A DNA stretch of 64,000 nt from an uncultured delta proteobacterium (GTDB lineage Bacteria > Desulfobacterota > Syntrophorhabdia > Syntrophorhabdales > WCHB1-27): positions 332,213 through 396,212 of the forward strand of contig CAWFMJ010000023.1 of the NCBI GenBank assembly GCA_963816715.1. Direction: 5' to 3'. Of the stretch, positions 1 through 8,984 are shown in pieces (positions within the stretch are counted from its first letter, which is position 1; every line of letters begins with the position of its first letter). Position numbers and translations under genes: made by a program. Under the pieces are notes generated by a model that ran no database searches, had not been told where the DNA came from, and saw nothing but the letters and a program-made list of their open reading frames with translations.

Positions 1-189
1 GTATTCTTCGGGCACCGCCGCCGCGAAGACGCCGAGGTCTTTGATCTTTTTCCACATTGCGTCGTCAATGAACATCTTCCCGGGGTCCTCGTCCAAGTCT
101 CGCGCGTACTCCCCTCGTATGTTCTTGTCGACGAACTTTCTGATGTTCTGCCTCAGCATTTCCTGTTCTTTGGTAAACGTGAAATCCAT
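1..189 (-). CDS. acyl-CoA dehydrogenase, N-terminal part (gene runs off the left edge)
   Basis: Reverse-strand ATG at 187-189 with GGAGG just upstream. It reads MDFTFTKEQEMLRQNIRKFVDKNIRGEYARDLDEDPGKMFIDDAMWKKIKDLGVFAAAVPEEY to the window edge, a typical ACAD N-terminus. It is absent from the ORF track because no stop lies in the window. Confidence 0.75.
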   Translation of the reverse strand, partial: MDFTFTKEQEMLRQNIRKFVDKNIRGEYARDLDEDPGKMFIDDAMWKKIKDLGVFAAAVPEEY

Positions 190-253
190 GTCCGCCTCCA
201 AAATCGATTGTGCTGCCCTCTATGATGTCAGAAAGCTTACGGGCAAAACGAGG

Positions 254-1054
254 CTACCTGAAGTTGGGCGGTCGCTTCTCCAAAAAAGCTTTTACGCCTT
301 CTTCGAAACCATCGCCGGCCGAAGCGATGCTTGCCGCCCCTCTTTCGATGAAAAGAGCGGCATCCATTCCCGAGGCCTCGAGCCCGTACGTCAGCGCCTT
401 TTTCGCCAGCCTCAATGTATAGGAAGATTTGGTCGCGATCTTCTTGGCAATTTCCAGCGCAGCTTCGTATGCTTGGCCTTTGGGAACAACTTTGTTGACG
501 AGGCCGAGCTTTTCTGCTTCCGAGGCGCCGATGCGTTCGGCGGTGTATATCATCTGCCTTGCTTTCCGAACGGGTATCGCCCTCAGGAGACGGGTTGTGC
601 CGCCCCATCCGGGAATGAGGCCGATATCGATCTCAGCGAGGGCAAAGGTTGCATTCTCGGCCGCGATAATGAAGTCACAAGCCAACGACAGCTCCAGCCC
701 GCCGGCCAGGCAGTGTCCGTTGACTGCTGCGATGATCGGCTTATCTAGCCGCTCCATCATCAGCCTCGTGATCTCTTCGCCCGTAATGAGCCAGTTGTAC
801 TGCGCCATTCGGTCTTTGGTGAGCCGATCGAAGAACATCTCGATGTCTCCGCCGGCACAAAAAACTTTCTCGCCTACCGCAGTAAGAACGGCAACCTTGA
901 CGCCGGAATCTGCCTTGAAGTCCTGGAGCGCGTCCAGCAGTTCTGCCGCCATCTTTTCGTTGATGGCATTCATTACGGCGGGGCGGTTCAGGATAATCGT
1001 GGCGACCCCTTCCTCTTTCTTATAGGAAATGGTTTGATAGCCATGCTCTTTCAT
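254..1054 (-). CDS. enoyl-CoA hydratase/isomerase (crotonase family)
   Basis: ORF 254..1153 trimmed to the internal ATG at 1052-1054 (MKEHGYQTISYKKEEGVATIILNRP), which has AGGAGA upstream. Crotonase hallmarks are VFCAGGDI, AAVNGHCLAGGLELSLACD and EGVKAFLEKRPP. Confidence 0.9.
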   Translation of the reverse strand: MKEHGYQTISYKKEEGVATIILNRPAVMNAINEKMAAELLDALQDFKADSGVKVAVLTAVGEKVFCAGGDIEMFFDRLTKDRMAQYNWLITGEEITRLMMERLDKPIIAAVNGHCLAGGLELSLACDFIIAAENATFALAEIDIGLIPGWGGTTRLLRAIPVRKARQMIYTAERIGASEAEKLGLVNKVVPKGQAYEAALEIAKKIATKSSYTLRLAKKALTYGLEASGMDAALFIERGAASIASAGDGFEEGVKAFLEKRPPNFR

Positions 1055-1149
1055 GTCCTTTTCTCCTTGGCTATTATTGTTGAGACCTGCATTATCCAAA
1101 CCGACTCCTTTTTTCTTCCGTCCCCGCTCCTGGTAGGCGGTTCTTTCTC

Positions 1150-2142
1150 TCAAACGTGCCCTGTCCTGCCCGGCCCGGTCTCGTTGCCAACACCTACAGC
1201 AGAAATGCGGTTAACCTGACGTACCTCGATTTGGTACTTTCCAAACTCTGTCTCACCCGCGAGACTGGCGTCGCCGCTTATGGTGAGAGTGACCGTTTTT
1301 CCGCTCATCATGACAACCTCAGCCGTCAATCTGCCATCGGCATCGCTGAAAGCCAAAGACGCCACGTTCTGCAAGGGAACCTGAAGATCGCCCCTTCCCA
1401 GCTCGCCCGAGAGATAGCTTTTCCCATCCGCGCAGAGGCCGCGTACACGGATTGCGTTGCCGTCCCCATCCAGAAGATCCCAGCAAAGAGAACCCGCCTC
1501 ATCTGGTTTTACATTCTCTGAGGCTCCTATTCCGTTGATGACAAAATCCCAACTGATCTCTGTCACCTTCTCGATGCTGTACCGGGGATCCATTTTCATC
1601 ATGTTAGCCAGCCCTTCCCCTGTAGCGAGCAGCATGCAAGCTATGACTTGTTCGTCGATCTCTCTCGCCCATCCATGGCTGACAGCCCATCGGAGATCCT
1701 TCATGAGCGGGCCTGTGAGCATTTTGTATGCTTCGCCGGCCTTCCTGGCCAGCTCCGGATCGCTGCTTGCAATGCTCTGGTTAACCAGGCTAAGGATGCC
1801 GCAGAAGGTCGGATAGGCCTTCAAAAAAGCGCTCTGTCTCTTTTGCCACCTCAGTTTGTAGTTTGTTTCCCCCCGTATGTCGAGCCAGGCTTCTTTCGGC
1901 ACGATGATTGTTGCAAGCCGGTCGATGCAGTTCAGAAGCAAATCTTTTTTGCCCTTGAAGTACAGATAAAGGGTACCCTTGCCGATGCCAAGGGCATTGG
2001 TAATATCCTCTATCTTCGTGTCTGCTATGCCGTTCTTGGAGAAAAACTCGATAGCTTTGTCGATGATCTGTTGTTTTTTGTCGGATGACTGTTCGTTCAC
2101 GTGTGGGACCTCCATGTTCGTTGGCGCGTTCTTACTCTTCAT
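1150..2142 (-). CDS. TetR-family transcriptional regulator with ~120-aa extra C-terminal beta-rich domain
   Basis: N-terminal HTH IIDKAIEFFSKNGIADTKIEDITNALGIGKGTLYLYFKGK. At 330 aa it is much longer than a typical TetR. The tail (SENVKPDEAG...QIEVRQVNRISAVG) matches no domain I recognise. Confidence 0.85.
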   Translation of the reverse strand: MKSKNAPTNMEVPHVNEQSSDKKQQIIDKAIEFFSKNGIADTKIEDITNALGIGKGTLYLYFKGKKDLLLNCIDRLATIIVPKEAWLDIRGETNYKLRWQKRQSAFLKAYPTFCGILSLVNQSIASSDPELARKAGEAYKMLTGPLMKDLRWAVSHGWAREIDEQVIACMLLATGEGLANMMKMDPRYSIEKVTEISWDFVINGIGASENVKPDEAGSLCWDLLDGDGNAIRVRGLCADGKSYLSGELGRGDLQVPLQNVASLAFSDADGRLTAEVVMMSGKTVTLTISGDASLAGETEFGKYQIEVRQVNRISAVGVGNETGPGRTGHV

Positions 2143-2210
2143 GGTCCCACGAAACCAAGGTTAAGTTCAACAAGGACGAGTCCTGAAAAGCACTCCGTCG
2201 CTGTGGGTAC

Positions 2211-2226
2211 TGACTGACTGGTCATG
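2211..2226. promoter_or_regulatory. putative TetR operator 1 (TGACTGACTGGTCATG)
   Basis: Its reverse complement CATGACCAGTCAGTCA matches the site at 2406-2422 in 14 of 16 positions. It lies 69 nt upstream of the tetR start. Confidence 0.45.
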
Positions 2227-2362
2227 CTACACTTATACACGACCTCTTTAGATCGTGTCAAGAGAAAAAAACAGAACCGCTCACTTTTTCATGGGTACTT
2301 AAAAAAAGCTAAGTAATAATGGGGAACTACGCGCTGTAAGGTGCGGGAAGAAAAAAATGTTC

Positions 2363-2392
2363 TTGACATAAGGTCAGGGGGTTGTGTATGCT
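2363..2392 (+). promoter_or_regulatory. sigma70-like promoter for the rightward operon
   Basis: TTGACA (2363-2368), 18-nt spacer, TATGCT (2387-2392). Operator 2 sits immediately downstream. Confidence 0.4.
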
Positions 2393-2405
2393 TCGCCTAT
2401 AGATA

Positions 2406-2422
2406 CATGACTGGTCAGTCAT
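2406..2422. promoter_or_regulatory. putative TetR operator 2 (CATGACTGGTCAGTCAT)
   Basis: Internal inverted repeat ATGACTG-GT-CAGTCAT. It lies 70 nt upstream of the 2492 start codon, in mirror position to operator 1. Confidence 0.45.
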
Positions 2423-2491
2423 ATAGAGACTTGCTCAGTAAGGCGAGCCAAAAACGGCGCCGAAGAAAATACGGAATGGCGGAGGACCTTC

Positions 2492-3691
2492 ATGGCTAAA
2501 GGCGATTTTGCAATCATAGGCACGGGCGAGGCGCCTTGCGGAACATATCCGGAGCGCTCAGAGTACGAGATAGCCTACACCGTCGCAAGGATGGCGGTGA
2601 AGGACGCCGGCATCGAAATGAAGGATGTCGGCGCCGTTCTGACTGCCGCCCATATTATGGGAAGCGAGTATAACACCGAAATGTTCTTCGGCCATCTGCC
2701 GGAGGCAATCGGGGCAAAGAACTGCAGGAATGTTGCAACGGTGGTAGCAGGAGGAGGCTCCAGCTTTGCCATCAGGAGGCAGGCCGAGGGCATCCTTGCT
2801 TCCGGCCAGACCGATACGGTTCTTGTGGTTCATGCTCAAAGATTTTCTCAGTTCAGCGCGAACGAGCAGATCAAGTATTTCGCTCACGCAGGCTCGAACC
2901 TCGAATGGGAGATCCCCTACGGAATGACGTACAACGCCCTTGCTGCCATGATGAGTCAGGCCTACATGGCGTACACGGGCACGACAATCGAGCAGGTTGC
3001 GGCCCACGTCGTGGCCTGCCGCAAGTGGGCAAACCTTCAGCCGAACGCAATGTTCTACACGAAGAGTGTGACGGCAGAGCAGGTGCTGAAGAGCAGGATG
3101 GTCGCCTACCCGCTCACTGCGCTGATGTGCAATGTCCTGGCCGACGGCGGCTGCGCGTTTGTGATGACGACCGCAGAAAAAGCGCGCAAGGTGTGCAGCA
3201 AGCCGGTTTATCTTCTCGGGGAGGGGTCGGACTATTCCCATCGCAACATCTTCAACCCCAAAGCAACCTTCAAAGATATGACCAAGAACCACGAGTTCTA
3301 TGCACCCATAGCAAAAAGGGCGTTCGAAGAGGCGGGCCTCGGGCCTGCGGACATGGACATCTTTGAAGTCTACGCGGCTTATCCGGCGTTGGCTCTATCG
3401 ATGATGGACGCCCTTGGTTTCGTTGAGCCGGGAAGGTCCGGCGCCCTGGTGGAGTCGGGAGCGACAAGTCCCGGGGGGAAGTACCCCTGCACGACAAACG
3501 GAGAAGCGCTCGGGTTCGGACATACGGGAACCGGCGTTGGCTTTGCCCTTTTCGTCGAAAGCGTGCGCCAGCTTCAGGACAAGGCGGGGAAAGCTCAGGT
3601 CGCGGGCGCGAGATTCCTGATCGAGAACTGCGGCGGCGGGGCGTGGATGGACTGCCATTTTAGTGTGTTGGGAACCGAAATCCCGTCCTAG
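2492..3691 (+). CDS. thiolase-fold protein (SCP-x / DUF35-associated type), nucleophilic Cys not evident
   Basis: 399 aa. C-terminal thiolase motifs are NGEALGFGHTGTGVG and ENCGGGAWMD. Where thiolases carry CxSG the sequence reads ATVVAGGGSSFAIRR. It is followed by a DUF35 gene. Confidence 0.8.
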   Translation: MAKGDFAIIGTGEAPCGTYPERSEYEIAYTVARMAVKDAGIEMKDVGAVLTAAHIMGSEYNTEMFFGHLPEAIGAKNCRNVATVVAGGGSSFAIRRQAEGILASGQTDTVLVVHAQRFSQFSANEQIKYFAHAGSNLEWEIPYGMTYNALAAMMSQAYMAYTGTTIEQVAAHVVACRKWANLQPNAMFYTKSVTAEQVLKSRMVAYPLTALMCNVLADGGCAFVMTTAEKARKVCSKPVYLLGEGSDYSHRNIFNPKATFKDMTKNHEFYAPIAKRAFEEAGLGPADMDIFEVYAAYPALALSMMDALGFVEPGRSGALVESGATSPGGKYPCTTNGEALGFGHTGTGVGFALFVESVRQLQDKAGKAQVAGARFLIENCGGGAWMDCHFSVLGTEIPS

Positions 3692-3751
3692 AATGAATGG
3701 ACAAGCACGCAGGCCCGTAGAACAACCGGGATAGAGCTAAGGAGCGAGCAT

Positions 3752-4201
3752 ATGGACGTCAAAGAACTGAAAGAGAAATTCCACCTTTCCGATGAGGATG
3801 TCACAAAACCTTTGCCCAAGCCTGCAAAATGGTCAAAGGATTTCTGGGAGGGGACGAAGCAGCACAAGCTTCTCTTGAAAAGGTGCAAGGATTGCGGCAC
3901 GATAGACCACCCCCCGTATCTCTATTGCACCGGATGCCAGAGCGACAACAGCGAGTGGATTGAGGCGTCCGGCAAGGCTGCCCTGTACGCTTTCGCAATT
4001 AACGAATATGGGGTCCCTTTTGCATTCATGCCCGATTTGCCGTACGTTACCGCACTCGTGGACCTGCCCGAAGGGCCCCGAATGCTTTCCAATATCGTGG
4101 AATGCGACGTCAAAGAGCTGAAGAATGGGATGGAGTTGGAGGTGGTGTTCGAACAAGTTTCTCCGGAAATCACCCTTCCAAAATGGAGACCGGTGAGATG
4201 A
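3752..4201 (+). CDS. DUF35 OB-fold / zinc-ribbon protein (thiolase partner)
   Basis: 149 aa with the Cys4 ribbon CKDCGTIDHPPYLYCTGC followed by an OB-fold-like C-terminus. The position after a thiolase-fold gene is the classic arrangement. Confidence 0.85.
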   Translation: MDVKELKEKFHLSDEDVTKPLPKPAKWSKDFWEGTKQHKLLLKRCKDCGTIDHPPYLYCTGCQSDNSEWIEASGKAALYAFAINEYGVPFAFMPDLPYVTALVDLPEGPRMLSNIVECDVKELKNGMELEVVFEQVSPEITLPKWRPVR

Positions 4202-4297
4202 TCCTCACGATGGGATCGCTCTGCTCTTTAGGAAATTGGGCAAGAGCGTTCAATCCTGACGTAGATCGGCGTTTACTCTGTTGAGGGGCGAGAACGT

Positions 4298-6304
4298 ATG
4301 GAATTTGCGGGACTCTTTGAACCACTAGGCATCAACGGCATAACGTTGCGGAACAGAATCGTTATGCCCGCCATGGCCCTCTTCTATGCCGATCATTACG
4401 CGTTTACCGACCGTTTCAAGGACTTTTACCGGGAAAGGGCTCGGGGCGGCGTCGGGCTTATGATTATGGGCCCGATGGCGATAGACGAGCAGGGCAGCAC
4501 GCCCCTCATGCCCGGCCTTTTTCATGACGGTCATGTAGCGCCTATTAAAGCGTTCGTCCGGGAACTTCATCAGGACGCGACAACCCGGCTCGGAATGCAA
4601 CTCATGCATCTCGGCAGGTACGCCTCTTCAAGTGTTACCGGGACGCAGCCCATCGCCCCCTCCCCCGTGGCAAGCCCCATCACGGGGGAGGTCCCCCGGG
4701 AAATGAGGGACGAAGACATAGAGAACGCGCAACACGCTTTTGTCGCTGCTGCGGTTCGGGCAAAAGAAACGGGTCTCGACTACGTCGAAATCATGGCTGC
4801 GGGAGGTTACCTGATCGGTGAATTCCTGTCTGAAGTGAGCAATCGGCGGACGGACGACTATGGCGGGTCTTTGGAAAACAGAATGCGCTTTGGCCTGGAG
4901 GCGATCAGAGCGGTGAGGCGGGCGCTCGGCAAGGATTTTGCGTTGGGAATGAGAGTCTCCGGGCACGATTTTGTGAGCGGCGGCAACACGATGGTAGAGT
5001 CTGCGGCCTTTTGCATAGAGGCGGAAAAAGCCGGCATCGACTGCATCAACGTGACCGGGGGATGGCACGAGACCAATGTGCCTCAAATAACGAGCGATGT
5101 TCCTGTAGGAACGTATGTACATCTCGCTCGCTCTATCAAGGAAAAGGTGACGGTTCCCGTTTTCGCTTCCAACCGCCTCGGCGATCCGAATGTTGCCGAA
5201 AAAGTCTTACGCTCCGGCGCTGCCGATGCAGTCTGCTGGGGCAGACCCCTCATCGCTGATCCCGATCTTCCCATGAAGGCGAAAGAAGGACGGATCGACG
5301 AGGCCGCGCCGTGCATAGCCTGCAATCAGGGCTGTCTCGATTCAATTTTTTCCGGTCGCCCCGTCTGGTGCACGGTGAATCCGCGGGCCGGCCGCGAGGC
5401 AAATACAGAAACCAAGCCGGCGCGGCTAAAGAAGAGGATCTACGTTGCCGGGGGCGGGCCGGCTGGGCTCCAGTTCGCCCTAACGGCATGCCAAAGGGGA
5501 CACCGCGTCGTGCTCTATGAAAAGGAGAGCAAGGCTGGCGGGCAGGTCAATCTCGTTGCCGCTGTGCCGGGAAAAGAGGAGTTCCACGGCGCGGTCCAGA
5601 GTCTTGAGAGCCGCGCGAAATCGGCAGGAGTCGACATTGCCCTTGGAAATGAACTGACTTCGGAAATGCTGCGCAACGATCCACCGGACCTGCTCGTTGT
5701 CGCGTCCGGCGCCAAGCAAAGTGGGCTCGAGATTCCGGGGATCGAGAAATCACCTGTGGTGAGCGCCTGGGATATTCTGAGCGGCGCAGTCTCACCTATT
5801 GGCCGCAACATCGTAGTTGTGGGAGGAGGCGCCACAGGATGCGAAACCGCCCTCTACCTGGCGCACCTATCCGTTCCGACGGCGGAAACGATTGCCTTCC
5901 TTGCCTTTCACGACGTTCACCATCCTGACGTTCTTCGGAAGCTTCTCCACGATAGTGGAAGAAAGATCACCATCATCGAGATGGCCGACCGGCCGGCACG
6001 AACCATGGGCGCCAGCACGCGGTGGAGCGCGCTAAAAAAACTCAAGCTCATGGGGGTTGCATTGAAGCTGGGAGTTGAGATCGTTGGCTTTGAAAAAGAG
6101 TCTGTATCGATCCGGGGCCGTGCAGGAGTTGAGTCCATTCACGCCGACATGGTTGTCATTGCTGCAGGCTCTCAGTCGGTGAATGATCTTGTGCAATCCG
6201 CGCAAGAACTCGGGATAGAAACGATCACCATAGGCGACGCGAAGGAACCGAAGAAGATCGGCGATGCCGTGAGGGAAGGGTTTGACGCCGCCTTGACGGC
6301 GTAG
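4298..6304 (+). CDS. Old-Yellow-Enzyme family FMN/[4Fe-4S]/FAD oxidoreductase (2,4-dienoyl-CoA reductase-like)
   Basis: 668 aa. It has an N-terminal OYE TIM-barrel (LRNRIVMPAM), the Cys cluster PCIACNQGC and two Rossmann GxGxxG motifs (IYVAGGGPAGLQ, VVVGGGATGCE). Confidence 0.9.
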   Translation: MEFAGLFEPLGINGITLRNRIVMPAMALFYADHYAFTDRFKDFYRERARGGVGLMIMGPMAIDEQGSTPLMPGLFHDGHVAPIKAFVRELHQDATTRLGMQLMHLGRYASSSVTGTQPIAPSPVASPITGEVPREMRDEDIENAQHAFVAAAVRAKETGLDYVEIMAAGGYLIGEFLSEVSNRRTDDYGGSLENRMRFGLEAIRAVRRALGKDFALGMRVSGHDFVSGGNTMVESAAFCIEAEKAGIDCINVTGGWHETNVPQITSDVPVGTYVHLARSIKEKVTVPVFASNRLGDPNVAEKVLRSGAADAVCWGRPLIADPDLPMKAKEGRIDEAAPCIACNQGCLDSIFSGRPVWCTVNPRAGREANTETKPARLKKRIYVAGGGPAGLQFALTACQRGHRVVLYEKESKAGGQVNLVAAVPGKEEFHGAVQSLESRAKSAGVDIALGNELTSEMLRNDPPDLLVVASGAKQSGLEIPGIEKSPVVSAWDILSGAVSPIGRNIVVVGGGATGCETALYLAHLSVPTAETIAFLAFHDVHHPDVLRKLLHDSGRKITIIEMADRPARTMGASTRWSALKKLKLMGVALKLGVEIVGFEKESVSIRGRAGVESIHADMVVIAAGSQSVNDLVQSAQELGIETITIGDAKEPKKIGDAVREGFDAALTA

Positions 6305-6339
6305 CAACGAACCAAACGACTCGAACAGGAGCGGATGCT

Positions 6340-7518
6340 ATGAACGAAGTGGTATTCGTCAGCGCGATGAGGACGCCCATAGGGGACCTCTTGGGCGCCC
6401 TTAAGGACTTGAACTGCGTAGAGCTGGGCGTCATCGCCCTCAAAGCCGCCATTGAGAAGGCTGCCATTGATCCGAAGCTTATCGAAGAAGTTGTCTGCGG
6501 CAACCCGGATATGGCAGGTGCAAAATCGAACCCGGGAAGGCAGGTTGCCGTTTACTCGGGATGCACCTGGGAGACCGTGGCCTGCACGGTGAATCAACAA
6601 TGCGTCTCATCGCTGAGGGCAGCGGAGATCATGTATCAGGAGGTCTTGTTGGGCAAAGTGGATATTGGAGCCGCGGTGGGCTGCGAAAGCAGTTCGTCCG
6701 TTCCGTATTTGCTCATGGGCGCTCGCACCGGCTTCAAAATGGGCCATCAAAAACTGATCGACGGCATGTATAACGACGGCATGATGGACGCTTTCTACAA
6801 TATCCTCATGGGAGAAACGGCGGAGAATGTCGCTGCCATGTACACCATTTCCCGACAGGAGCAGGATGAGTTCGCTCTCATGAGCCACCATCGGGCCTGC
6901 GCCTCCATCAGCAACCAGACCCAGGTGGAGGAGATTGTCCCTGTGCCGGTTCAAGTCAAGAAGGAGACGAAACCTTTTGCAATAGACGAGCATCCGAGGC
7001 AGGGCCTGAAGATGGAGGACCTCGCTCGGCTGAAGCCCGTCTTCGTGAAGGACGGTACCGTTACCGCCGGCAATTCATCGGGCATCAATGACGGGGCAGC
7101 CGCCCTTGTCATGATGACCCTTGACAAAGCGAGAGAGCTGGGGATAAAACCTCTCGCCCGGGTGGTTGCCACCGCATCGGCCGCAGTAAACGCGAAAATA
7201 ATGGGGCTGGGCGTGGTGCCCGCGGTGAGAAAGGCCCTTCGCTTTGCCGACCTTCCCTTGGAGGCCGTCGACTACTGGGAAATCAATGAAGCCTTTGCCG
7301 CCCAGATCATCGGGTGCAATCGCGAGCTGAAGATCCCCCTCGACAGAATGAATGCCAACGGCGGCGGCATATCTTTAGGTCATCCCGTGGGAATGACCGG
7401 CGCACGGCTTCTGGTTTCGCTCATCCATGAGATGAAAAGACGCGGGTACCGGTACGGAGGGGCTTCGCTGTGCGGCGGTGGAGGACCTTCCACGGCAATG
7501 ATTGTGGAGGCTATGTAA
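6340..7518 (+). CDS. acetyl-CoA C-acetyltransferase (thiolase II type)
   Basis: 392 aa with NQQCVSSLRAAE (nucleophile Cys), NANGGGISLGHPVGMTGARL and CGGGGPSTAMIVE. Confidence 0.9.
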   Translation: MNEVVFVSAMRTPIGDLLGALKDLNCVELGVIALKAAIEKAAIDPKLIEEVVCGNPDMAGAKSNPGRQVAVYSGCTWETVACTVNQQCVSSLRAAEIMYQEVLLGKVDIGAAVGCESSSSVPYLLMGARTGFKMGHQKLIDGMYNDGMMDAFYNILMGETAENVAAMYTISRQEQDEFALMSHHRACASISNQTQVEEIVPVPVQVKKETKPFAIDEHPRQGLKMEDLARLKPVFVKDGTVTAGNSSGINDGAAALVMMTLDKARELGIKPLARVVATASAAVNAKIMGLGVVPAVRKALRFADLPLEAVDYWEINEAFAAQIIGCNRELKIPLDRMNANGGGISLGHPVGMTGARLLVSLIHEMKRRGYRYGGASLCGGGGPSTAMIVEAM

Positions 7519-7665
7519 GGCTGAAGACACACTCGCCCGCCTTTATACGGCTCTGCCGGAAGCGGTTCATCAGTATGGGGCTTGGCGGGGGGAGCGCCCG
7601 TTGGGCTGAGGCGGTCCGATTTATGTTTGCCGGCCCGGCATAACAAAAAAAGGGGAGGAACAAAA

Positions 7666-8844
7666 ATGGCTACAAAACGGCTCTCAATTTTGCTGGTCGC
7701 ACTGGTCGTCGCCTGTACGGTCGGCTGGACTGCGACCGCATCTGCCGATGAGACTCTGAAGATCGGCTCCATCTGGGGTCTGAGCGGGCCGCTCTCGCAA
7801 CTCGGCGTGGTCTGCAGGGACGGGGCCGTTCTTGCAACAGAGTGGATCAACGGAAAGGGAGGCATCACTGTTCAGGGGAAGAAATACAAGATACAACTCG
7901 TCGTCGAGGACAACAAGAACAGCGCTCCGGGCTCGGTGAACGCGGCGACGAAGCTCATCCACCTGGAGAAGGTCAAGTTCATCACGGGCATGAACATCCC
8001 CTTCCAGATCGAAGCGGCACAGACCGTCACCGAGCCGGCAAAGGTGATTCTCGCCACAGCCAAGGCAAGCAACCTGGTTGCCAAGAACCGTTACAGCTTC
8101 TCGGCGACCCAAAGCTTCACGGCGCCGCTCCCCAACCTCTACGACTTCCTCAAAACGGTTTATCCCGATGTGAAGATCGTTTCCTTCATGGCCAACGATG
8201 AGGCGGGGGCGAAGATCACAACCGGGGTGGCGCGCAATGTCGCGAGCGGACACGGATACAAGCTCCAGGATACCAACATCGTGCAGTGGGACGCTAAGGA
8301 CTTCTATCCGGTCTGGACAAAGCTCGTCAAGGATAAACCGGATGCGGCGGACATCGGCATCGGCACCCCTGACGAGCAGGCCGCCAAGACGCGACAAGGT
8401 CGGGAGGTGGGATTCACGGGTCCCATACTCACCTGCAACACGGGGGACCCCACTACATTCATTCATCTGATCGGGAAAGACGCGACTGATTTTATCTTTG
8501 CCGGCTACGACCCTGCCGCGACCGATACGCCGGCGATGGTAAAGACCATCGCGAAGCTCTGGGACCAGAAGTACCACAAACCTTTCAGCATCGACGGAGT
8601 CGATGGCTTCAGCAGCGTCTGGGCGGTCGCGCAGGCGATAGAAAAGGCGCAGAGCCTCGACGTGGAAGCCGTGGTTGCTGCGTGGGAAAAAATGACGACT
8701 ATTGAGACGCCGACCGGCACGGGGAAGATGGGCGGCCTGAAGGTCTTCGGGATCAACCACATGGTCATCGGCCCTTCACCGGTTTCATTGCTGAAAAATG
8801 GAAAGGTGGGAAAAACGATTTGGTACAAACCGGTTGACATGTAG
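7666..8844 (+). CDS. ABC transporter substrate-binding protein, LivK/Leu-Ile-Val type fold (copy 1)
   Basis: ORF 7582..8844 trimmed to the ATG at 7666, which has AGGGGAGGA upstream. It has the signal peptide MATKRLSILLVALVVACTVGWTATASA followed by a periplasmic-binding-protein type I sequence. Confidence 0.9.
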   Translation: MATKRLSILLVALVVACTVGWTATASADETLKIGSIWGLSGPLSQLGVVCRDGAVLATEWINGKGGITVQGKKYKIQLVVEDNKNSAPGSVNAATKLIHLEKVKFITGMNIPFQIEAAQTVTEPAKVILATAKASNLVAKNRYSFSATQSFTAPLPNLYDFLKTVYPDVKIVSFMANDEAGAKITTGVARNVASGHGYKLQDTNIVQWDAKDFYPVWTKLVKDKPDAADIGIGTPDEQAAKTRQGREVGFTGPILTCNTGDPTTFIHLIGKDATDFIFAGYDPAATDTPAMVKTIAKLWDQKYHKPFSIDGVDGFSSVWAVAQAIEKAQSLDVEAVVAAWEKMTTIETPTGTGKMGGLKVFGINHMVIGPSPVSLLKNGKVGKTIWYKPVDM

Positions 8845-8984
8845 GACGCGTCCGGCCGCCCATGGGCCCGGCTGAAAATAAACCGGGTTCAAGGGCGTCA
8901 GAACCCGCAAAGGCAGGGATGATATCCCGCGGATGCGCGGATGGACGGATTTCGAAAACCAAAAAAACGGGGGGGGGTACTGAA

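Noticed and set aside
41-748. 235-aa plus-strand ORF at the left edge
   Set aside because: It lies antisense to the crotonase gene and the ACAD N-terminus, which both have clear family motifs. Its composition (Ser/Arg/Cys-rich) is typical of antisense frames in GC-rich DNA.
7684-8760. 358-aa minus-strand ORF
   Set aside because: It is entirely antisense to the well-supported binding-protein gene. The sequence is Arg/Asp/Leu-rich with no motifs.
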